Source of the DNA: Eubacteriales bacterium
GTDB taxonomy: Bacteria > Bacillota > Clostridia > Lachnospirales > Lachnospiraceae
Direction: 5' to 3'
DNA: 64,000 bases
NCBI GenBank assembly: GCA_030536555.1
Contig: JAUNPU010000001.1
Span: forward strand, 107,814 to 171,813
Shown piece after piece: positions 30,154 through 40,033 of the stretch. Made by a program: the position numbers and the translations under genes. The notes beneath the pieces were generated by a model, which saw only the letters and a list, made by a program, of their open reading frames with translations, did no database searches and was not told where the DNA came from. How positions within the stretch are numbered: the first letter of the stretch is position 1; each line of letters begins with the position of its first letter.

Positions 30154-31302
30154 ATGGAACAAAGAATTAACGTAAAACAGAGAAATATCGGTTTTTATAC
30201 CTTTTTTATCAGTGGTATTGGGGCAATCAGCAGTGGTATTGTTGTTAGTATGCTGCAGGAGCAGATAGGATTTGCTTATGCCATAACCGGAACATTGCTT
30301 TCTCTGATGAGCATAGGAAATCTGATTGCAGGTTTTGCTACAGGTATACTGCCTGGATTTATTGGAAGAAAGAATGCAGTACTGTTGCTGACAGCCGGAT
30401 ATGGAGTTGGTTATCTTGCGATGGCATCCTTTTCACAGGTGCCGATTCTGATGGCGGCTTTTTTTCTTGCAGGAATAGGGAAGGGATGCACAATCAATAC
30501 CTGTACGATTCTGGTTGGCGATAATTCCAAAAACAGAATTGTAGGCATGAATTTTCTGCATAGCTTTTATGCATTCGGCGCATTGCTATGTCCGTTTTTG
30601 ATTGTGCAGGCATCCCGTTTGGCGCCGCGGGCGGCAATGGTGGTGTTGGGGGTCTGCGGAGTGAGTATGTGGCTGGCATTTGCATCTGTTGATATGAGTG
30701 ATGGTAATAGAAGTAAAAAACAGAAGACGGACTGGTCATTTTTGCATGAACAGAAATTCTGGCTTCTTACTGCCCTGCTTTTTTTTCAAAATGCGACAGA
30801 GACAAGTGTAATTGGGTGGCTGGTCACTTATTTTAAGGGAAGCGGGATTTTGACGGGAACATACAGTACCTACACGGTGACGGTTACCTGGTTTGCAACA
30901 TTGATAATCCGGTTGTTGATTGCATTTGTATTTCCGGTCAAGGATGCTGGAACAGCTATGATTAAAATGGGAATCGGATGCACGGTGTTCTATGCAGGAT
31001 TAATGTGCGTGAGTTCTCAATGGCCGGCAATTATTTTGTTATTTGCATTTGCCGCAGCAATGGCAGGCATGAATCCGACAGCAGTGGCAAGTGCTGGACG
31101 TATGACAAGTGCGGCGAGTATGGGAATTATGTTGCCGGCAGCCAGCAGCGGAGCCATCATTATGCCATGGATAATTGGAATTGTTGCGGAGCGTTTCGGA
31201 ATCAGAGCCGGGATGGCATGCATTATAATTCCCTGCATTGGAATGCTGCTTGTAAGTATGGCAGTCAGGTACGTGGAAAATAAAACGGAGTTCAATGCTT
31301 GA
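30154..31302 (+). CDS. MFS transporter
   Basis: 382 aa with a ~12 TM pattern. It is the first gene of the lower-GC block. Confidence 0.75.
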   Translation: MEQRINVKQRNIGFYTFFISGIGAISSGIVVSMLQEQIGFAYAITGTLLSLMSIGNLIAGFATGILPGFIGRKNAVLLLTAGYGVGYLAMASFSQVPILMAAFFLAGIGKGCTINTCTILVGDNSKNRIVGMNFLHSFYAFGALLCPFLIVQASRLAPRAAMVVLGVCGVSMWLAFASVDMSDGNRSKKQKTDWSFLHEQKFWLLTALLFFQNATETSVIGWLVTYFKGSGILTGTYSTYTVTVTWFATLIIRLLIAFVFPVKDAGTAMIKMGIGCTVFYAGLMCVSSQWPAIILLFAFAAAMAGMNPTAVASAGRMTSAASMGIMLPAASSGAIIMPWIIGIVAERFGIRAGMACIIIPCIGMLLVSMAVRYVENKTEFNA

Positions 31303-31351
31303 AAAACATTTGAAAACATGCTAACATATTAGTTATATTTAGATAGCGGGG

Positions 31352-32080
31352 GTGACTATAGCATTGAACATCGGTAAAAAAGATAATACTGTGCAGGGGG
31401 CAGTGTATTATATTTTGAGAGAAGGGATTATGACGCTTCGGCTTTCTCCGGGGACTGTAATGAGTACTCAGGAGATGGCTAACAGAATGAAAGTTAGCCG
31501 TACCCCAGTTCGAGAGGCTTTTATTCGTCTGCAAAGGGAGGGGCTGGTGGATATTGTTCCTCAGAAAGAGACGATGGTTTCCCGTATTAATCTGAAACGG
31601 GTGGAAGAGGAGCGCTTTATCCGGGAAAGTCTGGAATTGGCAGTTGTGGAGCATTTCGTAAAAAAGATTACATCGCAGGATGTGTGGAGGCTGAAAGCCA
31701 ATATTGAAAAGCAGAAAATGTTCTGTGAACAGAAAAAGTATGCTGAATTTGTAGGGTGTGATAATCAATTTCATGAGATACTGTTTGAAGCAGCAGGGCA
31801 GAGACTGAGCTGGGAAACTATCATGAGTGTCAACGGACATTATAATCGGATTCGTGTTCTCACAGTTCAGACAGAAAAGACAATGCGAGGTACTATTGAG
31901 CAGCACGAGAAAATAGTGGCGCTGATTGAGAAGGGGTTGATTGATCAGGGGCTGATTGAGCAGATTAAAGTTGAAATGACAGATCATGTTAAGAAGCTTC
32001 TTTATGAGAAAGAAGAGTTGCTTCAGCAGTACCCAGGGTATTTTGAAGAAGAGACGACAGGAATTCATTTGCAGTTATAA
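31352..32080 (+). CDS. GntR-family transcriptional regulator (FadR/FCD subfamily)
   Basis: N-terminal winged HTH (LSPGTVMSTQEMANRMKVSRTPVREAF.RL..EGLV) and a C-terminal all-helical FCD-like domain. GTG start per the track. Confidence 0.8.
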   Translation: MTIALNIGKKDNTVQGAVYYILREGIMTLRLSPGTVMSTQEMANRMKVSRTPVREAFIRLQREGLVDIVPQKETMVSRINLKRVEEERFIRESLELAVVEHFVKKITSQDVWRLKANIEKQKMFCEQKKYAEFVGCDNQFHEILFEAAGQRLSWETIMSVNGHYNRIRVLTVQTEKTMRGTIEQHEKIVALIEKGLIDQGLIEQIKVEMTDHVKKLLYEKEELLQQYPGYFEEETTGIHLQL

Positions 32081-32262
32081 TAAGAATTACAGAAAGATCG
32101 ATTGCTTAATCAGGCAATGGATCTTTTTTTGTTTTACGGACAATGAAACTATACAAAATGAATAAAAAAAGACGAGAATCATTGTGCATAAATTCAATAT
32201 TGACAATAACATACTAACATGTTAGTATAACAGTACAAAGATTAAACAGGAGGTAACAAAAA

Positions 32263-33309
32263 ATGAAGAAAATTATTGCATTAAGCTTAGTCACAGCAAT
32301 GGGAGTTTCCTTAGTTGGATGTGGAGGTTCTGCACCGAAGGCAACTGAGGCGGCAAAGACTGAGGGAGCATCTGGAAAGGAAGCACCTGGAGCAGGCGGT
32401 GAGGCAACCTATACCTTGAAGGTTGGTACGGCGCTGACTGAGACTGACCCACTTTACCTGGCACTGACCGAAGTGTTTGAGAAGACTGTAGAGGAAAAGA
32501 CCAATGGTGATCTGCAGGTAGAGGTTTATTCCGGTTCTCAGTTGGGCAGTGATGAGGATGTTCTGGAGCAGGCAATCGTAGGGGCTGGTGTTGGCGTAAT
32601 CACAGACCCGGGCCGTTTAAGCAACTATGTTTATGACTTTGGCGTACTGCAGGCACCGTATATTGCATCCGATTATGATGAAGTACTGAAGCTTTTTGAG
32701 ATTCCGACCTATGAGAATCTGTGTACAGAGCTGCAGGGGAATGGTTTTCAGATTCTTTCCTTTAACTATTATCAGGGAGAGAGAGAACTGTTCACCAAGA
32801 ATCCGGTAAAAAAACCAGAAGATCTGAAGGGGCAGAGAATCCGTTCTTCAGGTTCTAAAGTTGTTACCAGTACGCTGGAGGCTATGGGAGCAAATACCAC
32901 AGTTCTTGCATGGTCTGAGGCATATCAGGCTCTTCAGCAGCAGGTGATCGAAGGCGTTGAGGTTCATCTTTCAGCAGCGGTTGGTTCTTCCATGCAGGAG
33001 GTTACCAAATATCTGCAGTTCACCGGTCATCAGCAGCTTCTGACAGGACTTGTAATTTCTGATGCATGGTTCCAGAAGTTACCTGATGAATATAAGACCA
33101 TCTTAAAAGACGCTTCCTATGAAGCAGGTAAAACTGCATCTGAGAATGTTCTTGATAAAAATGAGGAGTATTTAAAGGTTCTTACAGATGGCGGCATTGA
33201 GGTAGTAGAGTGCGATGTTGATGCATTCAGAACTGCATGTGATAAAGCTTATGAAGAATTAGGCTATACCGAGATTAAGGCTAAAATTGACGAAGAGCTT
33301 GGACGCTGA
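32263..33309 (+). CDS. TRAP transporter substrate-binding protein (DctP family lipoprotein)
   Basis: Lipobox LVGCGGS. DctP-like sequence, followed by DctQ and DctM genes. Confidence 0.85.
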   Translation: MKKIIALSLVTAMGVSLVGCGGSAPKATEAAKTEGASGKEAPGAGGEATYTLKVGTALTETDPLYLALTEVFEKTVEEKTNGDLQVEVYSGSQLGSDEDVLEQAIVGAGVGVITDPGRLSNYVYDFGVLQAPYIASDYDEVLKLFEIPTYENLCTELQGNGFQILSFNYYQGERELFTKNPVKKPEDLKGQRIRSSGSKVVTSTLEAMGANTTVLAWSEAYQALQQQVIEGVEVHLSAAVGSSMQEVTKYLQFTGHQQLLTGLVISDAWFQKLPDEYKTILKDASYEAGKTASENVLDKNEEYLKVLTDGGIEVVECDVDAFRTACDKAYEELGYTEIKAKIDEELGR

Positions 33310-33323
33310 TCAAGGAGTATGGT

Positions 33324-33833
33324 ATGTATAAAAAATTTGAAAAGGTTCTTACAAAAGTAGAGATTGCAATTGTATGCTTCGGATTGATTCTTTTGATTGC
33401 TACAGTTTTTGCAGCGGCAGTACTCAGATTTTTCGGTATCGATATGTCCGTGTCAACGGACCTTGCCCAGTTGACATTTGCCTGGGTCAGCTTTATTGGA
33501 GCTGATCTGGCTATGCGTCAGGACAAGCACATGGGAGTTGATATGCTGGTAGACCGGCTCCCGCTTGCTCTGAAGAATGCAGTGTTTTTGTTTAACTATC
33601 TATTGATTTTTGCATTCCTGGTATTTGCCGTTCGATATGGAATTAACCTTTGCGTCGTCAATGCAGCGAGAAAATATAATACTCTTTATATCAGTTATTC
33701 CTTTGCAACAGCAAGCTGTCCGGTCGGATGTGGTCTGATGCTGATAACGGCAGTAAGGAAGATTGCACTGTATATCAGAAATATTATGAAGCATGATTAC
33801 AGTAGTTTGATGAAAGGAGAAGTAAACGCATGA
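33324..33833 (+). CDS. TRAP transporter small permease (DctQ family)
   Basis: 169 aa with 4 TM helices, positioned between the DctP and DctM genes. Confidence 0.8.
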   Translation: MYKKFEKVLTKVEIAIVCFGLILLIATVFAAAVLRFFGIDMSVSTDLAQLTFAWVSFIGADLAMRQDKHMGVDMLVDRLPLALKNAVFLFNYLLIFAFLVFAVRYGINLCVVNAARKYNTLYISYSFATASCPVGCGLMLITAVRKIALYIRNIMKHDYSSLMKGEVNA

Positions 33834-35110
33834 TTTTCTTGGGAATTACCTTCGTTGTATTACTGGCAATTGGTATGCCGGTGGCGTTTACGGTTGGTTT
33901 GTCTGCGCTGGCATATTTTGTAACAGAGCAGGTTCCGGTTCAGATCGTTGTACAGAAAATGGTAAGCAGCACACAATCCTTTTCACTTCTGGCAGTGCCA
34001 TTTTTCGTTCTGGCGGGTAATCTGATGAATGAGACAGGAATTACCTCCCGTCTGATTAAATTTGCTACTTTGGTTACAGGACATATGAGAGGTGGACTGG
34101 CACAGGTATCTGTAGTTCTGTCTTGCCTGATGGGCGGTATCTCCGGATCAGCAACTGCGGATGCAGCTATGGAAAGCCGTATCCTGGGACCGGATATGGA
34201 AAAGCGTGGCTTTTCAAGAGGCTTTACAGCGGCAATTCTTGCCATGGGTGGATTGATTACTTCCACAATCCCGCCGAGTCTGGGGCTTATCTTATATGGT
34301 GTTACCGGTGAGGTTTCTATCGGAAGATTGTTCCTGGCAGGTATGGTTCCTGGAATCCTGATGACTCTGGTGCTGATGTTTGCAGTAGACAGGATTTCAA
34401 AAAAACGGCTCTATGCAAAAGAGCATGAGCAGTTCCCGACGGTAAAGGAAGTACTTCTGGGACTGGTTGAGAATATATGGGCGCTGATGTTTCCGATTAT
34501 CTTGATTGTAGGAATCCGGTTCGGTATTTTCACTCCGTCTGAGGCAGGTGCATTCGCGGTTGTATATGCATTGTTTGTAGGTCTGTTTGTATATCGTGAA
34601 CTTACGATTAAGAAGTTGATGGAGTGTTTACAGCAGACAGCCATAGACCTGGCGGTTATCATGTTCATAATCATTTGCTCCAATGCATTTGGTTACGCAA
34701 TCGTAACCGGACAGCTTCCGCAGACTCTGGCTAATGTGATCGTAGGTGCATCCAGTAACCCATATGTAGTGCTTACGATTATCATGGTATTTGTATTCTT
34801 CGTGGGAATGTTTATGGAAGCAACGGCAAATGTATTACTGTTGACTCCGATTTTCCTTCCGATTATTCAGCAGTATGGATTTGATCCGGTTCACTTTGGC
34901 GTGCTTTACATGATTCTGATTACAATGGGAGGAATGACTCCGCCGATTGGCGTTACGATGTACACCACATGTTCCATCCTGGATTGTCCAATGGAGGTGT
35001 ATACGAAGGAAGCAATACCTTTCATTATTGCAATTATTGTGCTGCTGATTGTGTTGGCAATATTCCCTCAGCTGGTGCTGTTCCTTCCAAATATGGTATA
35101 TGGTGCTTAA
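33830..35110 (+). CDS. TRAP transporter large permease (DctM family)
   Basis: 426 aa polytopic protein with typical DctM motifs (FFVLAGNLMN.TGIT.RL). ATGA overlap with dctQ. Confidence 0.9.
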   Translation: MIFLGITFVVLLAIGMPVAFTVGLSALAYFVTEQVPVQIVVQKMVSSTQSFSLLAVPFFVLAGNLMNETGITSRLIKFATLVTGHMRGGLAQVSVVLSCLMGGISGSATADAAMESRILGPDMEKRGFSRGFTAAILAMGGLITSTIPPSLGLILYGVTGEVSIGRLFLAGMVPGILMTLVLMFAVDRISKKRLYAKEHEQFPTVKEVLLGLVENIWALMFPIILIVGIRFGIFTPSEAGAFAVVYALFVGLFVYRELTIKKLMECLQQTAIDLAVIMFIIICSNAFGYAIVTGQLPQTLANVIVGASSNPYVVLTIIMVFVFFVGMFMEATANVLLLTPIFLPIIQQYGFDPVHFGVLYMILITMGGMTPPIGVTMYTTCSILDCPMEVYTKEAIPFIIAIIVLLIVLAIFPQLVLFLPNMVYGA

Positions 35111-35145
35111 AGGTCAAAAAATAATTATAAAAGGAGTTCAAAAAT

Positions 35146-36156
35146 ATGAGATTATCATTTGATGAAATTCAGAAAGAAATCAAGCGGGTATTTATGAAAT
35201 ATGGTCTGACTGAGGAAAAGGCAGATATCTGTGCGCGGATTCATACGGAGTCCACTTATGATGGAATCTATTCACATGGAACCAACCGTGTTGCAAGATT
35301 TGTTGATTATATTCAGAAGGGCTGGGTAGATGTGAATGCAGAGCCAACGCTGGAAAAAGACTGTGGAGCAATTAAGGTCTATAACGGTAATATGGGACCA
35401 GGTGTTTTAAATGCATTGTATGGCTGTGATCGTGCGATGGAAATGGCTGACCAGTATGGAATCGGTATGGTAGGACTGAAAAATACGACACACTGGATGA
35501 GAGGCGGCACCTACGGTTTATATGCAGCAAGAAAAGGCTATGTTGCAATCATGTGGACAAATACAGAAGCATGTATGCCACCGTGGGGAGCAAAAGAGTG
35601 CAGGCTTGGTAATAATCCATTTGTTATGGCAGTTCCTGGTCCGGATGGTGGTCCGGCACTTCAGCTTGATATGGCAATTTCTCAGTATGCATATGGAAAA
35701 CTGCAGGTAACCAGATTAGCAGGAAAGAAGCTTCCGTTCCCGGGTGGATTTGATAAGGATGGCAACATCACAGATGATCCAGGTGCAATTGAGGAATCCA
35801 TGAGAATCATGCCAATCGGTTACTGGAAGGGTTCCAGTTTCTCCTTTATGCTGGATATTCTGGGTTCCATTCTGTCAGATGGTGTTGGTGCGGTCGATCT
35901 GGATGCTTCCAAGAAAGGAAGCTGCGGAGGATGCTCTCAGATTATGATTGTGATTGATCCGAAGAAGACTACCACAGAAGCCCATATGTATGAGACAGTA
36001 AAACGTGCGATTGAGTATTTGAAGAGTGCAGAGCTGGCAGAGCATTCAAACGGTATTATGGCACCTGGCGAAGATTATGTGAAGTTCAATGAGGATCATG
36101 ATAAAAACGGTATCTTTGTAGATGATTCCGTTTGGGAAGAAATCAAGTCCTTATAA
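35146..36156 (+). CDS. Ldh_2-family oxidoreductase resembling 2,3-diketo-L-gulonate reductase (YiaK/DlgD)
   Basis: The N-terminal region aligns by eye with E. coli YiaK (..ESGVYSHGVNRFPRF.. vs ..YDGIYSHGTNRVARF..). Same length class (336 aa). Confidence 0.75.
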   Translation: MRLSFDEIQKEIKRVFMKYGLTEEKADICARIHTESTYDGIYSHGTNRVARFVDYIQKGWVDVNAEPTLEKDCGAIKVYNGNMGPGVLNALYGCDRAMEMADQYGIGMVGLKNTTHWMRGGTYGLYAARKGYVAIMWTNTEACMPPWGAKECRLGNNPFVMAVPGPDGGPALQLDMAISQYAYGKLQVTRLAGKKLPFPGGFDKDGNITDDPGAIEESMRIMPIGYWKGSSFSFMLDILGSILSDGVGAVDLDASKKGSCGGCSQIMIVIDPKKTTTEAHMYETVKRAIEYLKSAELAEHSNGIMAPGEDYVKFNEDHDKNGIFVDDSVWEEIKSL

Positions 36157-36170
36157 GATTGGAGTCATTT

Positions 36171-36623
36171 ATGATAGTTGATCATATTAAGAATTATTCC
36201 CGCTACACTGATTGTAGCGGGAACATCAAAAAAGCACTTGAGTTTTTGGCAAATGAAGCACAGAATCCGGAACTGGAAGATGGAACCTATGTTTTGATTC
36301 CAGATGAGGTAATAGCACATGTGATTACGAAGGATTCCCACAACAGATATGATGCAGATATGGAGATTCATAAGAAATTTATGGATATTCATTATATCAT
36401 AGAGGGAGGAGAGCGATGTGGAGTAGCACCACTGGCAGAGGATATCTCCTATGATGAAAATACGGACAATGGTTTTTATGCTTGTGATGATACATATGAT
36501 GTGGTGATTCAGAAAGGCGAATTTTATGCCGTCTGGCCGATGGAACCTCATTGTCCGCTATGCAATATCGGAAATCAGCAGCAAAAGGTAAAAAAGGTAA
36601 TCTGCAAAGTTAAAATAGATTAA
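36171..36623 (+). CDS. YhcH/YjgK/YiaL (DUF386) family protein
   Basis: 150 aa. MI..HI.. start, IH..(F/Y).DI(H/Q) motif and C-terminal P.(E/D).H.P motif as in YiaL. ATG at 36171. Confidence 0.7.
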   Translation: MIVDHIKNYSRYTDCSGNIKKALEFLANEAQNPELEDGTYVLIPDEVIAHVITKDSHNRYDADMEIHKKFMDIHYIIEGGERCGVAPLAEDISYDENTDNGFYACDDTYDVVIQKGEFYAVWPMEPHCPLCNIGNQQQKVKKVICKVKID

Positions 36624-36642
36624 GAAAGAAGTGTCACAGAAA

Positions 36643-37662
36643 ATGAAAGCAGTTCAAATTGAAAAACCAAATGTATTGAAAATCATTGATATGGAAATAC
36701 CCAGCATCACGGAACATGATAATGTTCTGGTAAAAATTAAGGCAGCGGGAATTTGCGGCTCTGATGTGGGTATCTATCACGGAACGAATGCGGCAGCAAC
36801 ATATCCGAGAGTTATTGGTCATGAGATGGTCGGAGAAGTTGTAAAAACAGGAAGTAATGCAACAAAAATTAAAGTTGGAGATCGTGTGATTATTGATCAG
36901 GTAACGAACTGTGGTACCTGTTATGCATGTAGAGAGGGACGCGGAAATGTATGTGCAAATCTTAAAGTAAGGGGAGTACATATTGATGGCGGATACAGGG
37001 AGTACATGGCAGTGCCGGAGCGGGATTGTTATGTTCTTCCGGACATACTGGCTTATGAAGATGCCATTATGATTGAGCCGACAACCATTGCAATTCAGAG
37101 CTGTTCCCGCGCTCAGCTGACAGAAGAAGATACACTTCTGATTATGGGATGCGGAGCTCTTGGAAACAGCATTCTCCGGGTTGCCCGTTTAAGTGGAGCA
37201 AAGATCATCATGGCAGATATTGTTGATGAAAAGCTTCAGGAAGTACGAAACCAGGGAGCTGATTATACGATCAATCTTGCAAAAGAAGATATTAAAGAGA
37301 AGATTGCGGAATATACCGACGGATATGGTGTAACGGTATCAATCGACGCAGCCTGCACCAGGGATTCACTCGCTACACTTCTGAATGTAACAGGTAATGC
37401 AGGACGTGTTGTTACAATGGGTTTTTCTGTGAATCCAACAGAGGTGAATCAGTTTTCTATTACTTCCAAAGAGTTGGATATTAGAGGATCCAGATTACAA
37501 AACAGGAAATTTCAGGATGCAATTGAGTTGATTCAGGAGAAAAAACTGGATTTAAGTAACAGCATTTCTCATAAGTTCCATTTTCTGGATGCGCAGAAAG
37601 CGTTTGACTTAGTAGACAGCAGAGATCCGTCTATTCGAAAAATTGCACTGATATTTGATTAA
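36643..37662 (+). CDS. Zinc-dependent alcohol/polyol dehydrogenase (MDR family)
   Basis: GICGSD...GHE catalytic-Zn motif, CG.C..C structural-Zn motif and GCGALG Rossmann motif. ATG at 36643 (track GTG at 36631 also possible). Confidence 0.85.
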   Translation: MKAVQIEKPNVLKIIDMEIPSITEHDNVLVKIKAAGICGSDVGIYHGTNAAATYPRVIGHEMVGEVVKTGSNATKIKVGDRVIIDQVTNCGTCYACREGRGNVCANLKVRGVHIDGGYREYMAVPERDCYVLPDILAYEDAIMIEPTTIAIQSCSRAQLTEEDTLLIMGCGALGNSILRVARLSGAKIIMADIVDEKLQEVRNQGADYTINLAKEDIKEKIAEYTDGYGVTVSIDAACTRDSLATLLNVTGNAGRVVTMGFSVNPTEVNQFSITSKELDIRGSRLQNRKFQDAIELIQEKKLDLSNSISHKFHFLDAQKAFDLVDSRDPSIRKIALIFD

Positions 37663-37793
37663 ATGATAAAATGATGAAAGCCGAACAGGAATGAATACAA
37701 ATCATATTTCTGTTTGGCTTTTATTTTTTTGAAAAATATTATAAAATGGGGGTGATAGAGAGGTTCATATGAAGCATCATGAAATGGAGATAG

Positions 37794-39059
37794 GTGTCAA
37801 TGTCACAGGAATGCAAAATGAGATATATTACCATATGCGCTACTATAGTAGTGTGTTTGTCCGTAATTGCCAATGTGATGACCGGTGTGGTTGGAATGCG
37901 GCGCTTTGGATCTATTTTAGATAATACATCCCGTAGTCTGGCATTTTGGTCAGCAATGGGACAGGAGAGTGTGGCATTTGATCGTTATGTGAAAAACAGG
38001 ACAGAAAAGAATCTGTCAGAATATCAGGCGGCATGTACAGAAACAGAACAGAAGTTGAAACAGCTTCCATTTGATTACAGAGAGATCGGACCAGAGCGGT
38101 ATGCAAGAACCTGCTCTGTTTACAATATGTATGAGCAATATGTCAGAGAACGGGAAGCGTTGATCGTCATGGACCGGAATGATGAGCTGTATGTGGAACA
38201 ACTGTCGTTGGTACACCGACTGCAGGACTATCTGGATGGTTATGCCGGAATGCTGGAACAAATGACAATTGAGATGGGAAATCATCAATATGTAAACAGG
38301 CAGTATCTGATGGTTGCTGTGCCGGCAGTGAGTATGGTTTGCGGACTGGCAGCTTTATATGCCATGAAAGCTTCTATTTGGAATTATATCAGAACGTTGA
38401 AGGAGAAACATGAGGTTGAGAAAAGGTTATCTGCAGTCAGCTTGCAGATGCTGAAAAACCAGATCAATCCCCATTTCCTGTTCAACACCCTGAACATGAT
38501 CGCCAGCACAGCGCAGATTGAGGATGCGGCCACCACGGAGAAGATGATCGAGGCGCTGAGCCGGCTGTTCCGCTACAATCTGAAGTCCAGCGACTCGGTG
38601 ATGCCCTTGGAGCGGGAGCTTAAGGTGGTGCAGGACTATATGTACTTACAGCAGATGCGGTTCGGAAAGCGGATCCGGTACTTTGCCGACTGCGAAGAGG
38701 ACACCCTGCAGGTGCTGATTCCGTCCTTTATCCTGCAGCCCCTGGTGGAAAATGCCATCAAGCACGGACTTTCCGCCAGCAGTCAGGGCGGCAAGATTGT
38801 GGTGCGGACCTGGATTCATGACAATCGCCTCTGGATCTCCGTGGCGGACACGGGCAGCGGCATGAGCGCAGAGCGGCTGGAGGAGGTCAGACGGGCACTG
38901 GAGACGGATGACGACCGGAAGGTGGGAATCGGTGTGAGGAATATTTACCGTCGGGTATTGACCATGTATCAGGACGGTGAGATGTACGTGGACAGCATCG
39001 AGGGCTGCGGAACGGCGGTGCAGATTGTATTTTCGCCGGAGCGGTATCGGGAAGTATAA
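37794..39059 (+). CDS. Sensor histidine kinase, LytS/YesM type (two-TM sensor + His_kinase + HATPase_c)
   Basis: LKNQINPHFLFNTLN H-box and PLVENAIKHG N-box, then DTGSGM, followed by an AraC-type response regulator. The start codon is uncertain (37794 GTG or 37800 ATG). Confidence 0.85.
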   Translation: MSMSQECKMRYITICATIVVCLSVIANVMTGVVGMRRFGSILDNTSRSLAFWSAMGQESVAFDRYVKNRTEKNLSEYQAACTETEQKLKQLPFDYREIGPERYARTCSVYNMYEQYVREREALIVMDRNDELYVEQLSLVHRLQDYLDGYAGMLEQMTIEMGNHQYVNRQYLMVAVPAVSMVCGLAALYAMKASIWNYIRTLKEKHEVEKRLSAVSLQMLKNQINPHFLFNTLNMIASTAQIEDAATTEKMIEALSRLFRYNLKSSDSVMPLERELKVVQDYMYLQQMRFGKRIRYFADCEEDTLQVLIPSFILQPLVENAIKHGLSASSQGGKIVVRTWIHDNRLWISVADTGSGMSAERLEEVRRALETDDDRKVGIGVRNIYRRVLTMYQDGEMYVDSIEGCGTAVQIVFSPERYREV

Positions 39060-39080
39060 GAGAAGCAGGGAGGATAAGGG

Positions 39081-39866
39081 ATGTATCGGGTATTACTGGC
39101 AGATGATGAACAGATTGAGCGGATGGCGCTGGTGAGGCGGCTGCAGAAGGTGTTCGGCGATGTGCTTGAGATACGGGAAGCGGTGGATGGCAGGGAGGCG
39201 CTGGAGCTGTTTGGGCAGGAGCAGAGCCAGATTATCATTATGGATATCTCCATGCCGGAGATGGACGGGATGAAGGCGGCGGAGGAGATCCGGAAACTGG
39301 ACCCGGAGTGCGTGATCATATTTCTGACTGCTTATGATGACTTCGCCTATGCGAAGCGGGCGATTGTGATCCGGGCGCTGGATTATCTGTTAAAGCCCTG
39401 CGACCAGGAGGAGCTGACGGCGGTGATGGAGGAGGCCATGCGGCTGACGGATAAGCGGATGGCGGAAGCCGGGCAGTCTTCCGGGGCATCTTCTGAGTAT
39501 GGGACTCACGGGCAGAATCCGGGCATCAGCGACGACCGGGCGGAGCGGCTGGATCAGGCGGCAGAGACGATCCGGACCTACATCCGCACCAATTACATGA
39601 ATGAGATTTCCATGCAGGATGCGGCGCGGATGATGAATTATTCGGATGCCTACTTCTGCAAGCTGTTCAAGCAGTGCTTTGACCAGAACTTTACCACCTA
39701 TCTGACTCATTTCAGGATTGAGGAGGCAAAACGGCTTCTGAGGGACCGGAATATCAGCGTCAAGGATGTGAGCATGGAGGTGGGATATTACGATTCCAAC
39801 TACTTTGCCAAGGTATTTAAGCGGATTACGGGGATGATTCCGTCGGAGTACCGGGCAGCACTTTGA
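39081..39866 (+). CDS. Response regulator with AraC-type DNA-binding output (YesN-like)
   Basis: Receiver domain (LLADDE...IIIMDISMPEMDG) plus a C-terminal AraC HTH (YFCKLFKQ...GYYDSNYFAKVFKR). Confidence 0.9.
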   Translation: MYRVLLADDEQIERMALVRRLQKVFGDVLEIREAVDGREALELFGQEQSQIIIMDISMPEMDGMKAAEEIRKLDPECVIIFLTAYDDFAYAKRAIVIRALDYLLKPCDQEELTAVMEEAMRLTDKRMAEAGQSSGASSEYGTHGQNPGISDDRAERLDQAAETIRTYIRTNYMNEISMQDAARMMNYSDAYFCKLFKQCFDQNFTTYLTHFRIEEAKRLLRDRNISVKDVSMEVGYYDSNYFAKVFKRITGMIPSEYRAAL

Positions 39867-40033
39867 GTGTGATCAGGAGGACAAAATCTTCTTCCCCGAT
39901 GACAAACATTTACGGTACAAAATAAAAGCTCCGGGTTATATAATGGAGGGCATGAGGAAATGACAAATTTCTGACGCAGCTCCATGGTATGACTTCTGGA
40001 GCTTTTTGTATGACAGGAAAGGAAGGGTATGAC

